A DNA stretch of 64,000 nucleotides from Octopus sinensis. Taxonomy: Eukaryota. Below, one piece after another: positions 28,966 to 41,974 of the stretch. Position 1 is the stretch's first letter, and each line of letters opens with the position of its first letter. The notes under the pieces were generated by a model. That model did no database searches. It was not told where the DNA came from and saw only the letters and a list, made by a program, of their open reading frames with translations. A program made the translations under genes and the position numbers. The stretch covers positions 105,524,001 to 105,588,000 of the forward strand of contig NC_043000.1 in NCBI RefSeq assembly GCF_006345805.1, read 5' to 3'.

Positions 28966-29400
28966 TTTCCTAGTAGGTTAAATGTATACATTCTTACCAT
29001 ATATTGTATTTATTTTTAGAGACTATTTTTTGTAAGATATCCGTGAAATAAACATAAAAATATATATATTTTATTGTATCTCGCGTGTTTTATTATGTCA
29101 ATAATATATAAATAGATCTTCCCAAAACAGTAATCGCCGTTGGCCCTTTTGGTTGTTTTCTTCACAACTTATTTTCTATCATATGACATAGATTAAATAT
29201 ATTCAGCAGCTGTGTGATAAGAGGTTTGCTTCCCAACCACATAATTATTGGTTCAATCTCACTGCGCGTCACCTTGGGCAAGTGTCTTCTACTATAACCT
29301 CAGATCGACCAAAGCCTGGTAAATGGATTTGGTAGACAGAAACTGAAAGAAGCCCGTCGCATAGATACATATATACATGTGTATATATATATATATATAT

Positions 29401-29461
<61 letters not shown>

Positions 29462-29466
<5 letters not shown>

Positions 29467-31100
29467 ATTCTGATGTTATAGAAGCACAAAAACTCTCAGG
29501 CTGTAGCTGTTGTAATAGTCATAAATGAAATCTGTGAATCTGTCTGGGACGTGGGGCCTCTTCAAAACCTTTTCAGCCAGCTTATAGGAATATGGAATTC
29601 ACAACACTGCCAGTCTTCCCTAATCAACTAGATGACCACACCCAAGCTCTCCAGACACCCTAATATACCTATGGGATAACTCTTTCTGAACTGAGTTATC
29701 AACGAAGGATTTGCTCAAGTGGTAGTCTGTCAGGCGCCTAGCAATAATACTGAAGAATACCCGCCCCACAATGCTAAACAGCGAGATTATTCTAAACTGA
29801 CTGATAATCTTTGACTCTTTTTTTCCTTTGGAATCTACATCCCGTTTGTACAGCTCCATTGCTGAACTACCTGGCTTCTCATACAACTCATCTACATGAT
29901 ATTCCAGAACTTGTCACGCACGCTTAAACAGTCCTTGTACACCTTATAAGGTACCCCACTCACATCCTAGGGTTCAGCCTGGTCTTGCCTTCTTGATCAT
30001 CTCCTGGATCTCCTTCCAGCTGGGTTCCTTTCCATCAAATTCCAGAGCTGGTGTATATGAACTGACCAAGGACCAGCATTGTCCTAGATCTTGACCCCTG
30101 GCGTCATCACTGAAGATAGCTTTGAGCTGAATCTCAATCTCACCTTTGTAATAGGTGAGATGGCTACTGCGCTTCCGTCCCACCAGCTATTTTGTAAATC
30201 CATAGGTTTGCTTGAAAGGCATCTTGCTTCCTAGCACTCTCCTTTAACTATCTCCTTTGCCGCTCTACCCTCCTCAATGTCACGAACTCCTTGCAGGGAA
30301 TACTCCACAACTCTATTAGAAGTTCCCTCACCTCGTCACTTGCTTTTTTAAACTGCTACCTCAAACTCTCAAGTTCCGGTGTGATTTGATTGAGTTTACT
30401 GGCTCTTACTTGTAGCATAGGTAAACCTCGTTGTTTTCTTCTCTTCCAATCCGAACCTCTCAGCCACTGAACTGATGCTAGAGGCGGGCATTGTCTGGAG
30501 ACGGCAATCACCATCATCTTTAGCTGTTGCTTCCGAGATGTAATCAATACCTCTATCAAACTGACGCTACTACAACTCCATGTTAACTTGAGGCTTCTTT
30601 ACCAGGTGGTGTTCTGTTACTCTGCCTAGGTCTGGGGTTTGTATTACTAGAAGGTTCCAGGAACTATAGACTCGGAGTTTGGATCCACTTGCGCCTCACC
30701 AGAGTTGGTTCCTTTGCGCTATGGCACTTGTACTATCTCCACACATTTCATCTTGACCTGGTGGATCTTCATGCCATGCTGACTCTGGTAAACCGTCCCA
30801 CAAATACATTCTGTGTCTATTGTTCAACTTCCATTGACATAAGTCGTTACCAGCTGACCTGTTTCATTATAATTCTCATTCTCACCACAGCAGAAGATCC
30901 CAGGGAATATCCCTTCTTGTGTTTATCTGTAGTTTGTTCTGGGTTCTTCCTTTCAGGAGATGTAGATTGGGATGATAATCCTCACTGGCTTGTTGCCGTC
31001 TCTCTGAGCCGTTTGCTGTCTCTCCAGTTGTCACAATTCTGTTCTTGGTAGTCTCCCAGACTCATCCTGGTAGCCACTGCTTATTCCAAATAAAAGTTTT
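29462..31100 (-). mobile_element. HERO-type (R2-group, REL) non-LTR retrotransposon, 5' half: N-terminal zinc finger to RT
   Basis: CICGTVYQSQHGMKIHQVKMKC near 30740-30805, EPSWKEIQEMIKKAR, ESKIISQFRIISLFSIVGRVFFSIIARRLTDY...VDNSVQK, HVPDRFTDFIYDYY; frameshifted. Confidence 0.8.
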
Positions 31101-31815
31101 TGTATACTTCATCTTGATATACATCTGGACATCTGTTTTCTGGGATCATTGGGCGTGCCGAATCTTTCAAAAGTCAGACATCTTTACCCAGGCAACCGAG
31201 TCGTGGTTCATCAAGACCCTGTTTGTGTCCAATAAGCACTACCCCAGATAACATGGTCCAAGTAGCACCATTAAGTTCCAAGGCTCGCAACTCTTGTTCT
31301 ACATGCACCTTGACGTAACCTGTATCGCTTCTATAATCAACCGGGTGGCACGACAGAAGGACTGACCTGCAAACCATCTGTAGGCTGCTTCAATGAAATC
31401 ACCTTGCTTGCCACCCATTGCTTCGACGTAGCTCCACCAGCTGAGCATATTCCATTCTCTACTTCTCATTTTCTTTGTCAGTAAGATACCCTAGGGAAAC
31501 GAGACATCTGCACGGAGGTTTCTGAGATCAGCACCATGTCAGGCCTTATCAATTTTAAGGCGACATTTTCTGGGAGCGTCGGTTCTTTCCGCGAGTCGTC
31601 CCTCAGCTCCCATTTACTTGTAGGCCTGGGGAGATGAACCTGATAGCTGGTGTCATCTTCACACCAGCCTTGACAAATGTACAGTTTTGTTCGTTGTTCC
31701 AAGGCGCCTCCAAAGGAATTTTATCCGATGGAGCTCCTCACTTCAGAGCTCATGCCATGAAACATTGCTCGCTTCCGTCTTAACCGAGCTACCTGGTGCT
31801 GCATTCCAACATAAA
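31101..31815 (-). mobile_element. HERO-type element, 3' end (REL endonuclease plus 3' UTR), internally deleted
   Basis: NVSWHEL...LHRIKFL, LIRPDMVLISETS, FAGQSFCRA, followed by a UTR-like segment at ~31120-31250. Confidence 0.75.
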
Positions 31816-32100
31816 ATACTTTAAATAGATGTGAAAACATATCAGAGCAGCCTCCTTTATTTGTCACGAAAAAAATTACAAGATATTACCACGTCTTCTT
31901 GAAGTTGTATAGCGAATGACTTAAAACTGAAGATCTTAAATTTATCTTGCATTTTCTAATACATGCTGTATTGAGCAGAAATATTGATATTTTATTTAAT
32001 CACACCTCTGACAAACGCTCGGTGTACAAATAAGTCAAGCCATTATAACTAATTTCCATTTTGTGACTGAGTTAAATAGCGATTTCTTAATAAGGCATCC

Positions 32101-32169
<69 letters not shown>

Positions 32170-32177
<8 letters not shown>

Positions 32178-32560
32178 TAAAATGAGACAACAAAGCTAAG
32201 GTTGTGTGGAGTTTATAGGACATTTATAAAGAGAAACGTAGTCTTACAGCTGTTTCTGGGATATTAGGGATATCACTTCATCAGATACGATATGAAAGAG
32301 TTAACTAGAGGGTAGTAGAGTTCAATATAAGGAGTTATTTTGGAAAAGGATAGATATAGGAAGTATAAAGGGAAATAAGAGGGAAAAAATGAAAATAAAA
32401 ATATATGCGGGATGTTATAGTTGCAGCTCTATTATCCAAGGAAAGTGCCGCGTAGAATGGGTGGAAATGCTTCTTTCCTATAGTATGTAGATTCCCGCAT
32501 TATTATCGAACCAAGAGTCTAAGTATGGTCTTCCAATAGCACTTCCATAGCCTTACCTGC
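32170..32560 (-). mobile_element. Putative Penelope-like terminal fragment containing a hammerhead-like motif
   Basis: Adjacent to (TA)n; minus strand has CTGATGA...GAAACAGCTGTA at 32237-32289. Confidence 0.5.
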
Positions 32561-32842
32561 CATCTTGGGTTTTCTTGATACCAATACCTCTCATATATGT
32601 GTGTGTGTGTGTGGTGTGTGTGTGTGTGTGCGTGTGTGTGTGTGTGGTGTGTGTGTGTGTGTGCGTGTGTGTGCGTGTGTGTGCGTGTGTGTGTGTGTGT
32701 GCGTGTGTGTATGTATCTATGTATACACAAACACTCTCTCACACACACACACACACATACTTCTATAGAGCAATTTGAAAATTAAACTCAGTTCCATCTT
32801 AAATTGTTGGTTAAAATGTGTTGTTAGTATAAAAGTATTGAC

Positions 32843-33661
32843 ACGAGGTGGTGTCAAAAGGTTCTCAGACTAGTTACGTTTAATAAAAAAAATCACTTAT
32901 TTACCTGCCACTTTTGGAATCCGGCCTGAAAGTGTTTTCCGTAAGCGAGTCGTGTACCTTCTGCGATTCGTTCTGGATTTCGACAACGGTGTTAAAACGG
33001 CGACTTCTGAGCCGCATTTTCATCTTGGAGAAGAGATGGAAGTCCGTAGGTGCTATATCTGGCGAATAGGGTGTGTGCAGACGCGACCCCATGTTGTTTC
33101 TGGCGAGAAACTCACGACTGAGGAGAGCTCGGTGACAGGATGCATTGTTGTCGTGAAGAATCCACTTGTTCGCACTCCACAAATCGGGTCGCTTTCGCCG
33201 AATGTCCTCCCTCAGATCCTTCAAAACGTCGTAGTAGAACTCTCGAATTACAGTCTGGTCCTGTGGGACGAATTCTCGATGTACAATACCGCGGATGTCG
33301 AAAAAAAACGATGCGGGATGTTATTCTGCTTTTGAAGCGCCTGTGCCACTCGAAACATTGCGTGCGACCCATTACCTCGTTGCCGTAAGCTTTCCAAAGC
33401 TTACTCAATGTCTTTGTAGCAGACTTCAAAAGTTTAAGGCGAAATTTCGTGTTGACTTTTTGTTCCATCTTCCTGTCTATAACAAAAATCGCAGACTACA
33501 GCAATCACGTGATCCGAAAAACACAAATTTCACAACTTGCGATGTCACTCGGCACACTACCTCATGAATGTCACTGCTAGTTCTCACTGTGCACGCAACC
33601 GTGTGCTGCCATCAGTTGGTGTGCTACTGAACTAGTCCGGGAATTTTTGATATCACCTCGT
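32843..33661 (-). mobile_element. Internally deleted mariner element with both TIRs
   Basis: TIRs ACGAGGTGGTGTCAAAAGGTTCTCAGACTAGTT (left) and reverse complement ACGAGGTGATATCAAAAATTCCCGGACTAGTT (right, followed by TA). ORF pieces MEQKVNTKF...FEWHRRFKS and LHDNNASCH...HTPYSPDIAPTDFHLF. Confidence 0.92.
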
Positions 33662-35342
33662 ACGTCATCGTTAGGTGTTGTTGCTTAACTTCATGTCAAC
33701 TTTGATTAAGAAGCCCTGTGATCAAAAGCTTTCTATTTAATATATCAATGCGTCATTCCTTTAGTTGGCAGGCTATGATCTGAATGAGAACTGACTACTT
33801 TTTCGGGCAAGTCGAACGACCACAGAGTTATTATAGTTGCTATTATCGTTTAGTCCCAGACACAGCTCTTATCAAGGCAGCCATGACAATCACATCATTT
33901 TTTTTTTTAGTTTTGATACATTGTATCTAGGACTACCTTGTCTAATGTGCCTTTCTGTTTTTTTTTAAGGCAGTAGGATATGTTTTGAAAGAAAATTCAG
34001 TTATAATGTATGAAACAATAATGATCATTACTCTTGTCATAATGATGATGGCGTTGGTGACTAAATATATTCATACTGAACACCATATCCTTCCGAATCG
34101 ACTGACAAAAAGAAATTGGTATTTAGTGAAATTAAACGTTTTCAAATCTCTCAGACGTGAGAATCGGGTCAGATATCGTTCTTTGAAAGTGTGCATTTTT
34201 TCGCTTTGATTGCCATATAAATGAAATACGATCGAACAAGGACTATTAGAAATTATTATCAAGTGTTTTTATTATTTTATTTTAAAATGCTAGAAACAAC
34301 AATTATTTAATTTGGAGAAAAAAAAGAACAATTTACAACTGCAAGTAAGTAGCAAAAATGGTAAAAAGGAGTAAAAGTAAATAATAATAAATAAGTGAAA
34401 AACTGAAAGGGTATGCACACTCTTAATATTTTACATTGCACCAAGAAATCTGATGTTACCTTTTTCTAAAAATATATTTTAAGGTAACCCAAAGTTCTCT
34501 CGTGGTAATTTAAGGGGGTCGGTTTCGAGCCTGTGATTTTTAAATGACCAGGTACTGTTACTAGTACCATTAAATAACTCGCTGAGATGACAAAAACCTT
34601 CCTTGTCAGAGAGTTTCAAATGCCACTGGTTGATAAGGTAGTCACGATATTTCAGAAGATTCTTCCGTTAGAGTCTACAATAGGATTTGTTTCTAGGGAA
34701 GAAAACTATGATGTGGTTATTTCTCTTCGATATCCATACAAACAATATGCAACATAATAATACGTTGAAACAATAAAATTCAGAGACGCTTTTAGAATTC
34801 GTCCCTTTGCATTACTGGATCCTTTCATTCACCAACAATCCGCAACTCTTTTTCATTCCTTCTTTTCCTTATTATTTTCCTTATTATTTTTTCTGTTTTC
34901 TACATCCTCTCTTTAACTCCGAGTCAACAAAGGAGTCTACGAGTGGTCACTGAAGAATTAACAGCCAAATGTCGATCAAATCTCACCCAACTGTCTTAGA
35001 AAGAAAGGACACATTGTAAAATATAGCCAAAGATATACAAAAAGACGGGATGACTGTCTTTCATCAGATTAGTGCTGACCCGATGCTAAAGAACAATAAC
35101 AACAGCAACAAGAACATCTAAATTTGAACATTTTAATCTGTCATAACTTCATAACTACAACTGCATAACTTCAACACGCTTTATAGCATATCAAGCAATA
35201 TCTGCACCTTCATTGTAATACTATAGAATAGGGCAGACATAAAAGTGAGAACATTCATTTCCTCTCTCTCTGAACTAGACATAGATCCATTCTCCTCCAT
35301 TACAAATAAATATTGTGTTATGAAATAAATTCGTTTCTATTA

Positions 35343-35380
<38 letters not shown>

Positions 35381-35382
<2 letters not shown>

Positions 35383-35825
35383 TTGTCTTTACACAGCTTC
35401 TAACGCTGGAGATGTATTACGGTACCAGCTGTTCACTACCAGTAAACTAAGGTAACACCCCTTATCTTTCGAGCACCTTCCGGAGTATTCGAGCGGTTCC
35501 AGGCAGTGCTGTTTTCTGCAAGTGTTCCACCCTTATTGCAGTGCCTATTTGTTCCATGTACTTCTCAAGATTTTTACTCACTGTTCCCAGGGCTCCGACA
35601 ATTATTGGTACTACTACTACCTTTTTCATCGAACACAAATGCTTAACCTCCCAAGCTAACTTGTCATATCTATCGACTTTTCTTTCTTCTTTATCGCATA
35701 CCTTGCTGTCTTTCTCAATTAACACTATGTCTGGTTTCCTATTCCCTATTTCATGGTCGCACTGAATCATAAAATCCCATAGGATCTTTGCATTATCATT
35801 TTCGATGATGTCTTCAAGTAGTGTT
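35381..35825 (-). mobile_element. Dong/R4-clade 3' fragment (REL domain plus 3' UTR) ending in (AAT)n
   Basis: ILWDFMIQCDHEIGNRKPDIVLIEK...VVPIIVGALGTV...LQKTALPGTARILRKVLER*; same family as 25050-25900. Confidence 0.92.
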
Positions 35826-36565
35826 GTTGTTGTTGTTTCCATTTATTGTTATTCTTATTTCATCAACAATTTTAGCCAATCAGTTAATAGTATATTCTCT
35901 TTTAGTGTTCAGAACTTCTTGCCAACATTCCACCAACTTGTGAGTGTCTCGACGGTAGAAATCACTGGGTCGCGGTTCACATAACGACGGGGGGAAAAAA
36001 GACGAATGAATTCATCTCATAACCCAAAATTACTGTCGATTCGGTTGAATAAATTCATCTACCCAACAAACGTGTCACCATGATTCAACATAGCGAATAC
36101 CGTTTTCGAAAAAGAAACGAAAATAAGATGATTGAAAACTTAATGTATTTCTACCAATGGTTTTAAGTGAAAGTCTTTCAACGACAGTTTAGAACGAAAC
36201 TAAAATGCATTCAAGAACTTAGTTAACTCTACTCCAATTCAAACTCTAATTTTTATGCTTTTTTAAGTTTTAAACATTCATTGCACCAATTTTATAAATA
36301 TGTAGTTCATTTAAATAAACATGTCTGTACTTTTTTTTTATCACAGCTCACTTGCAGACAATGCGTTGTATACGATGTTGACGGAATCATACGAGTGGGA
36401 AGGGAGATAACATACGTATTAACAAGGTTTTCAGCATGCCGAATCAACAGTTACTTCCCTTGGAAGCTATTAAAGAGTTAACTCCCTTAAATGAGATTTT
36501 TTTTTTTAATTTTTCTTTAATTTTATGTGTGTGTATGTATGCGTGTGTATACATACATACATACA

Positions 36566-37330
36566 TAATCCAGGGACAGGAGATTGCCACAAAGTACCTT
36601 GTAAACAAGGAGACAGTGACGCTCTTGCAATCCCAAGGTGCAACTGCATGCGTAGGCTATGTTATGTTTCTGTGGAAGACATCAAGCACGTGATTAGCAG
36701 CTGTCCTAAAATGTCGTCACAGTACAATCTCCCTATGCGACACGATAGGGAGATTGTTGCTAAAACAATTTACAATGCCATCCACAAAAAGGACTGTCCT
36801 GAAATTAACTTAGAAAATCCCTCTGTTATGGAATGCATTCATAAACACCAACTCAAGGAATACTGGTGGAATATTCCCATCAAAACCTCTGTCAAATGTA
36901 AACATAAGAAGCCAGATATTGTTGTTTGGGACAGAGGGGCAAAGGTATGTACCATCATAGAGGTCAGCTGCCCTGCAGATATAAATATCTCTTTGAAAAT
37001 CAAAGAAAAAGAGGATTTCTATAAACAACTGTTTCGAAACGTCCGGCATCTATATCCAGACTTTGAATTCATGTTCATACCAATAATAATTGGAGCACTA
37101 GGCTTTGTTATAAAATACTTAAAGGAGAATCTGGATAAACTGGGATTTTCAGAAAGAGAAATTGACTGACCAATTCATACAAGTGGAATCTGTGAGTGGA
37201 ACAGTAAAAATATTCAAGACTTTTCTCAAGTTCCAAATGTGAAATTGTCTCTGTTAACTACATCCCAAAGATGGAGTCATGTACCTTTATTGGAAACCAA
37301 CTCCCTCCTCAGTGGAAGATTTATAATAAT
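36566..37330 (+). mobile_element. Second R4/Dong-like family, C-terminal CCHC plus REL fragment
   Basis: ORF 36525-37169: EDIKHVISSCPKMS, MRHD, YWWNIPI, KPDIVVWD, IIEVSCPAD, IPIIIGALG. Confidence 0.9.
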
Positions 37331-37644
37331 TAAAAAATAGAAGAGACATACAAACATACATATGTGTGTGTGTGTGTATACATACATACACACATACACA
37401 CACATACGTACGTACATATATATATATATGATATATGTGTGTGTGTGTGTATATATATTACTTTGTATTTTTTATTGTACACGTTTCATGACGTCCTGTG
37501 CCCACATATGCATGTATACATACGTATAGATGTAAGTATGTACATAAAGACTTGTTTTATTTATATTTCCTGAGCGCCATACTAATACAATTGTTTGTTT
37601 GTTTTCCACCTGCCTTCGTCTTTTGTCTATTTTCATAAAGCTTC

Positions 37645-37711
37645 CCGTTACATATACATATGTATATATGCACATATATATATATATGCATATATACATA
37701 TGTATATATGC

Positions 37712-37743
<32 letters not shown>

Positions 37744-37927
37744 GTATATATGCATATATATACATATGCATATATATATATATACACATATGCATATATA
37801 TATATACATATGTATATATGCATATATATATACATATGCATATATATATATATGTATATATGCATATATATATACATATGCATATATATATATATGTATA
37901 TATGCATATATATATATATACATATGC

Positions 37928-37958
<31 letters not shown>

Positions 37959-37965
37959 CATATGC

Positions 37966-37996
<31 letters not shown>

Positions 37997-38034
37997 CATA
38001 TGCATATATATATATATATATATATGTATATGCA

Positions 38035-38073
<39 letters not shown>
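37645..38073. repeat. Higher-order TA/CATA satellite
   Basis: Recurring TACATATG and TATATGCATATA units separated by (TA)n of variable length. Confidence 0.93.
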
Positions 38074-39599
38074 GGATGAATGAATTATCCTTTGTTTACC
38101 GTTAACATGGAAAATTCAATAAACAGTTACCAGAGTAGCAAAATTCATGCAAGTAACAAGGATGTAGCGACCTATTCAAAGGTAGAAACTCCGGGTTAAT
38201 GTGCAGTAATTTGTATAGTATAAGTAAATAAACGGAGTTGAATGCAGATGTTATTCAAATTCTTTTACTTTACCTCTTTCTCTTCATTTTTCTCATGAAA
38301 CACCACAGAATATCTAAGGTCTATCTTTACATACAACTCATCTATAAAGTTTCCCCGTCTTCCCTGAACCGTGTGTGTGTGTGTGTGTGTGTGTGTGGAT
38401 GTATGTATATATATATATGTATGTACGTATGCGCTATCTACTTTCTAGAACCCTTTCTTAATACCTAAAGCGTCCAACCTCAATGCCGTTAGAACATTGG
38501 TTTGATAATAATTAAACAGTACATCACTTAATTTATCCCACTTTAATAATATTTCTCTAACCCTCTGGACTTTAACATTCCATCGTCTATTGCAAGCATC
38601 TATTCCAAATTTCAATTCTATCCCTTCTTTTTTCCAAGTTCTTACAGAGAAAGAAGAAGCAAACGATAAGATTTGGATTAGATGAATAAGCGACGATTTA
38701 TTCCTCTTGTTATAAAAATAAGATTGCCAAAAGAGAATGATAATTATATTACAGTCTGGAACAAGAATTTAAATGACTCCAGTTTTGCTGGGTCTGTTGA
38801 TGTGGCTGTGGTCTGCTGCGGTAATGATGAAGACCGGGGAAAGCTGGTTGAAGAAAGCTGTGAGACAGGCTGGATTTCTGATTCATCGACGCTGGTCCAA
38901 AGAGATGTGGTATGTGGCCAATGGCTGCTGCTAAAGACCAAGCGAGGCAGAATGCAAGGGCTTTTATAACCTTGTGCAGGCTCCAGAGACAAAGTTCTCT
39001 TTCCCGTGTTGAAAACAAACTGTTGCAAACACGCGATTGGACAGTTAGTAACCGACCAATAGATGCAACTAATTTGGCAAGCCACTGGATCATTTGACTC
39101 GATGGAAAGAAAAGATCTGGTGAGCCCATTCTGCAGTATTTAAGCTTAAACAACCAAACATAATAAAAGCATTGCACACTTCTGCTACACAAACTATTAG
39201 TCTCTTCTCTTTTATATGACCCATATTTTTTTTTTTGTTTTTATTCTCTATTTCATTACTGTTCCCAATTTCTTGAATTTTCTTTCCCTGTATCTTTGCC
39301 AATTTGTACTTACGAGCACTCTCAGTTATTACATAATTTTGCATGAGTATGTTTTATGTTGTAATTGTACTTGTGGAATGTGAGCATTTATTTAATCCGT
39401 ATAAGTGATCAGTGTTTTTAATTATTGACATGTTTGTTTGTATTTGTGACCAGCTGTGGTTTGCTTTTCGTAACTTCTTGCATGTTTTCTGGCTTCACAG
39501 TTTCTCCTTGTTTTCCCATAAACTATCCCGTTGTTTGGTTTTTATTCTGGTCCTGTCTGAATCATAAGCCTGTCATAAGGAGTCATACACACATTAATT

Positions 39600-40200
39600 C
39601 ATAAACTTCTCAGATATTTCGCTTAAACTGAAGTTGGAAATATATAAGACTTTCAGAAGAAAAAAAAACAAATATAAACCCATTGTAGATCCATAAACAA
39701 TGCCATCAACCACCAAACGTCACTAAACATGTCCCAATAAACATAAGTAAGGTAATAAGTACACAATGCACGAAACTACCTCACGCAAGACTATGGAATA
39801 ATACGGGTGGTACTGACCTGTAACCGATATAAAAGAGAGAATGAAGTATTCTCCATCACCATGAAACCATAGGCCAAATTTGTAGGGCAAGAAGTATTAT
39901 AAGTTATAATCCACAATAAAACATTGGTTTAAAAATCAATTTCACAAATTATTCCTGAATGAAGATAGTTCCCACAAGCTGTTAAAAAAAGCAGCATGAA
40001 TATCAACTACGGCATAAAAAACATGTGTATTGCTATGAAGATCCACAATTCAGCAAGAACATTTTTAAAATATTGTAACCAAATGCAGAACGAAGGCAGT
40101 TGATTTTCAATTGTTAATACGTAGAGTATTGTCATTAAAAGCCAAATACCTAAAGAAAAGCATAGTATCCCGGGCTTACACTTTCAAGAGTATCCTTATA
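39600..40200 (+). mobile_element. Penelope-like element remnant (RT thumb/linker to start of GIY-YIG)
   Basis: QPPNVTKHVPINISK (NHPPxIxKxIP-like) and LKKSIVSRA (CLxKxIVYxA-like); very degraded. Confidence 0.55.
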
Positions 40201-40223
40201 AATACATTAATTGTGAGTATGTG

Positions 40224-40267
<44 letters not shown>

Positions 40268-40270
<3 letters not shown>

Positions 40271-40424
40271 AGAGTTTACGAAAAAAAAACAAAAGACGAA
40301 GACAGGTGGTGTACAAAACAAACAAATGTATTAGTATAACGCTCAGGAATAGAAAAAGCCTTTTACGTTTCAAGCCTATGCTCTTCTACAGATAGGGACA
40401 CAGAAAAAACAAGGAGAGAAAAAA
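40268..40424 (+). repeat. Interspersed TA-anchored repeat (probable PLE terminus); related copy at ~37545-37650 on the minus strand
   Basis: AAAGACGAAGACAGGTGGTGTACAAAACAAACAAATGTATTAGTAT resembles the reverse complement of 37570-37630. Confidence 0.7.
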
Positions 40425-40951
40425 ATGTGTGCAGTGAGGTCAGTTAAGCACGTCATCAACTTCACGCTGAAAGGAAATGACCAAGCTGCTGTTCAAATAA
40501 ACAATGATAACAAAATTCGTCAATATCTAATGGGTAGGTATTTTGGAACATCCGAAACAGTTGCATCTATTTTTGGATTTTCAATTCATGAACGAGCACC
40601 TGTAATGGTTACACTGCAAGTTCATCTAGTAGATGAGCAGAACAACATTGACAGCATGATGACTTTGCGAAAAACATTATTTTATGCTGAAGCACCCATG
40701 AATTTCACTTGAAACAATAGTAACAAAGAATGGCAAAGAAGAAAGCGATGAAAAAATGCTGAAGACCATTTGAACGTTTTCAACGAAGAAACACTTGGTC
40801 GTGTTTATGTTGTCACACCAGAAGCAGAACTGTATTATTTAAGAATTTTATTACTTGAAGTTCGAAATAGTTTTTTTCCCCTTTCCCGCTGCGCATCGAC
40901 ACTTCCTACTAGGAGTGGTTGTGACCCAACGGGTCATGGTGGGTAAATTTA

Positions 40952-40952
<1 letters not shown>
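40425..40952 (+). mobile_element. Helitron RepHel fragment with a Helitron-like 3' end
   Basis: IRQYLMGRYFGTSETVASIFGFSIHERAPVMVTLQVHL and ETLGRVYVVTPEAELYYLRILLLEVR match the RepHel GRYISSxEAxWRIF...HER and LGRxYxVxP...YLRLLL motifs; ends CCCAACGGGTCATGGTGGG...TTAG followed by T. Confidence 0.85.
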
Positions 40953-41000
<48 letters not shown>

Positions 41001-41200
41001 AACTGGGATAAGAACGCAAAACATTTAGAAGATGATACAAAAAACACGGACGGGACATTCGAAGCCTTCAATCTTCAGTCAATAACCAGATCATCCTCAC
41101 AATATCGGTTGATTAATCTTGAGATTGCTCCAATCTGACCAGCCCCAAGGAAAAACTAAGCTAAGCGCATTAGATTCCATGTATGTATGTATATATTGTA

Positions 41201-41974
41201 CAGTTATCCCTCGTTTATCGCGGTAGATTGGTTTCGAGACCAGCCACGATAACTGAATTTCTGCGAAGTAGGAACACCATATTTATAGTATTTATTTAAC
41301 GTGTATTTGGGCTTTTAAAACCCTCCCTGTACTGTTAACAGCCCATCCATTACAATAGTCTATTAATAACAAGGACAACTGTTAAGCAATAACACTTTAG
41401 ATTTTAAAAATATTGTTACTGTACTCAACACGAAAGAAGTTGAAGAAAAAATTGAATGATGATGGTGATGAATTTGCTGCGTAGTAGAAATTATGATGAT
41501 GAAGCTGACGACGGTGCCCTTTCCTGAGACACCTCTTCCATTTCTTCCAAAACGCAAAGTTCAATGCAAAGAAACAAAAAAATATCACACACAGCACAAC
41601 GTAAAGTAGTACAGTAAACCACTCGGCGAGAAAGCTTGAAGCGAAATGACCGCGAGCGAGAGAGAGAGACAAGGGAAGATGCTATGGATCTGAGCATTGG
41701 TCAAAGCACCAATCACAGGCCAGATTACAAAATAGAAAGGTGTCGTCTCTCTCCATTGCACCAATTACAGCCCGTCTTAAGTTCAAATACCCCTGTATAT
41801 GCTTTTTTGCTATTTTACGCTTGTTTTGTTGTTCCTAGACTATGAAATAATATTTATTATTAATATTTTAATGGATTTAATGAAAAATTTTAGGTGTTCA
41901 TATATATATATTTTAAAAATTCATGAAGATGTGAATCCGCGATAGTTGAACCGCGAAGTAGCGAGAGATCACTG
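41201..41974. mobile_element. Non-autonomous Tigger/pogo-like transposon
   Basis: TIRs CAGTTATCCCTCGTTTATCGCGG and (reverse complement) CAGTGATCTCTCGCTACTTCGCGG, with TA on both sides. Confidence 0.85.

Noticed and set aside
37472-38105. Six overlapping 135-187 aa ORFs
   Set aside because: The TA/CATA satellite happens to lack stop codons; not coding.
40360-40395. Hammerhead-like motif TAGAAGA-GCATAGGCTT-GAAACGTA on the minus strand (similar at ~41050-41085 and 4214-4240)
   Set aside because: The core or stems deviate too far from CUGANGA/GAAA with paired helices to support a call.
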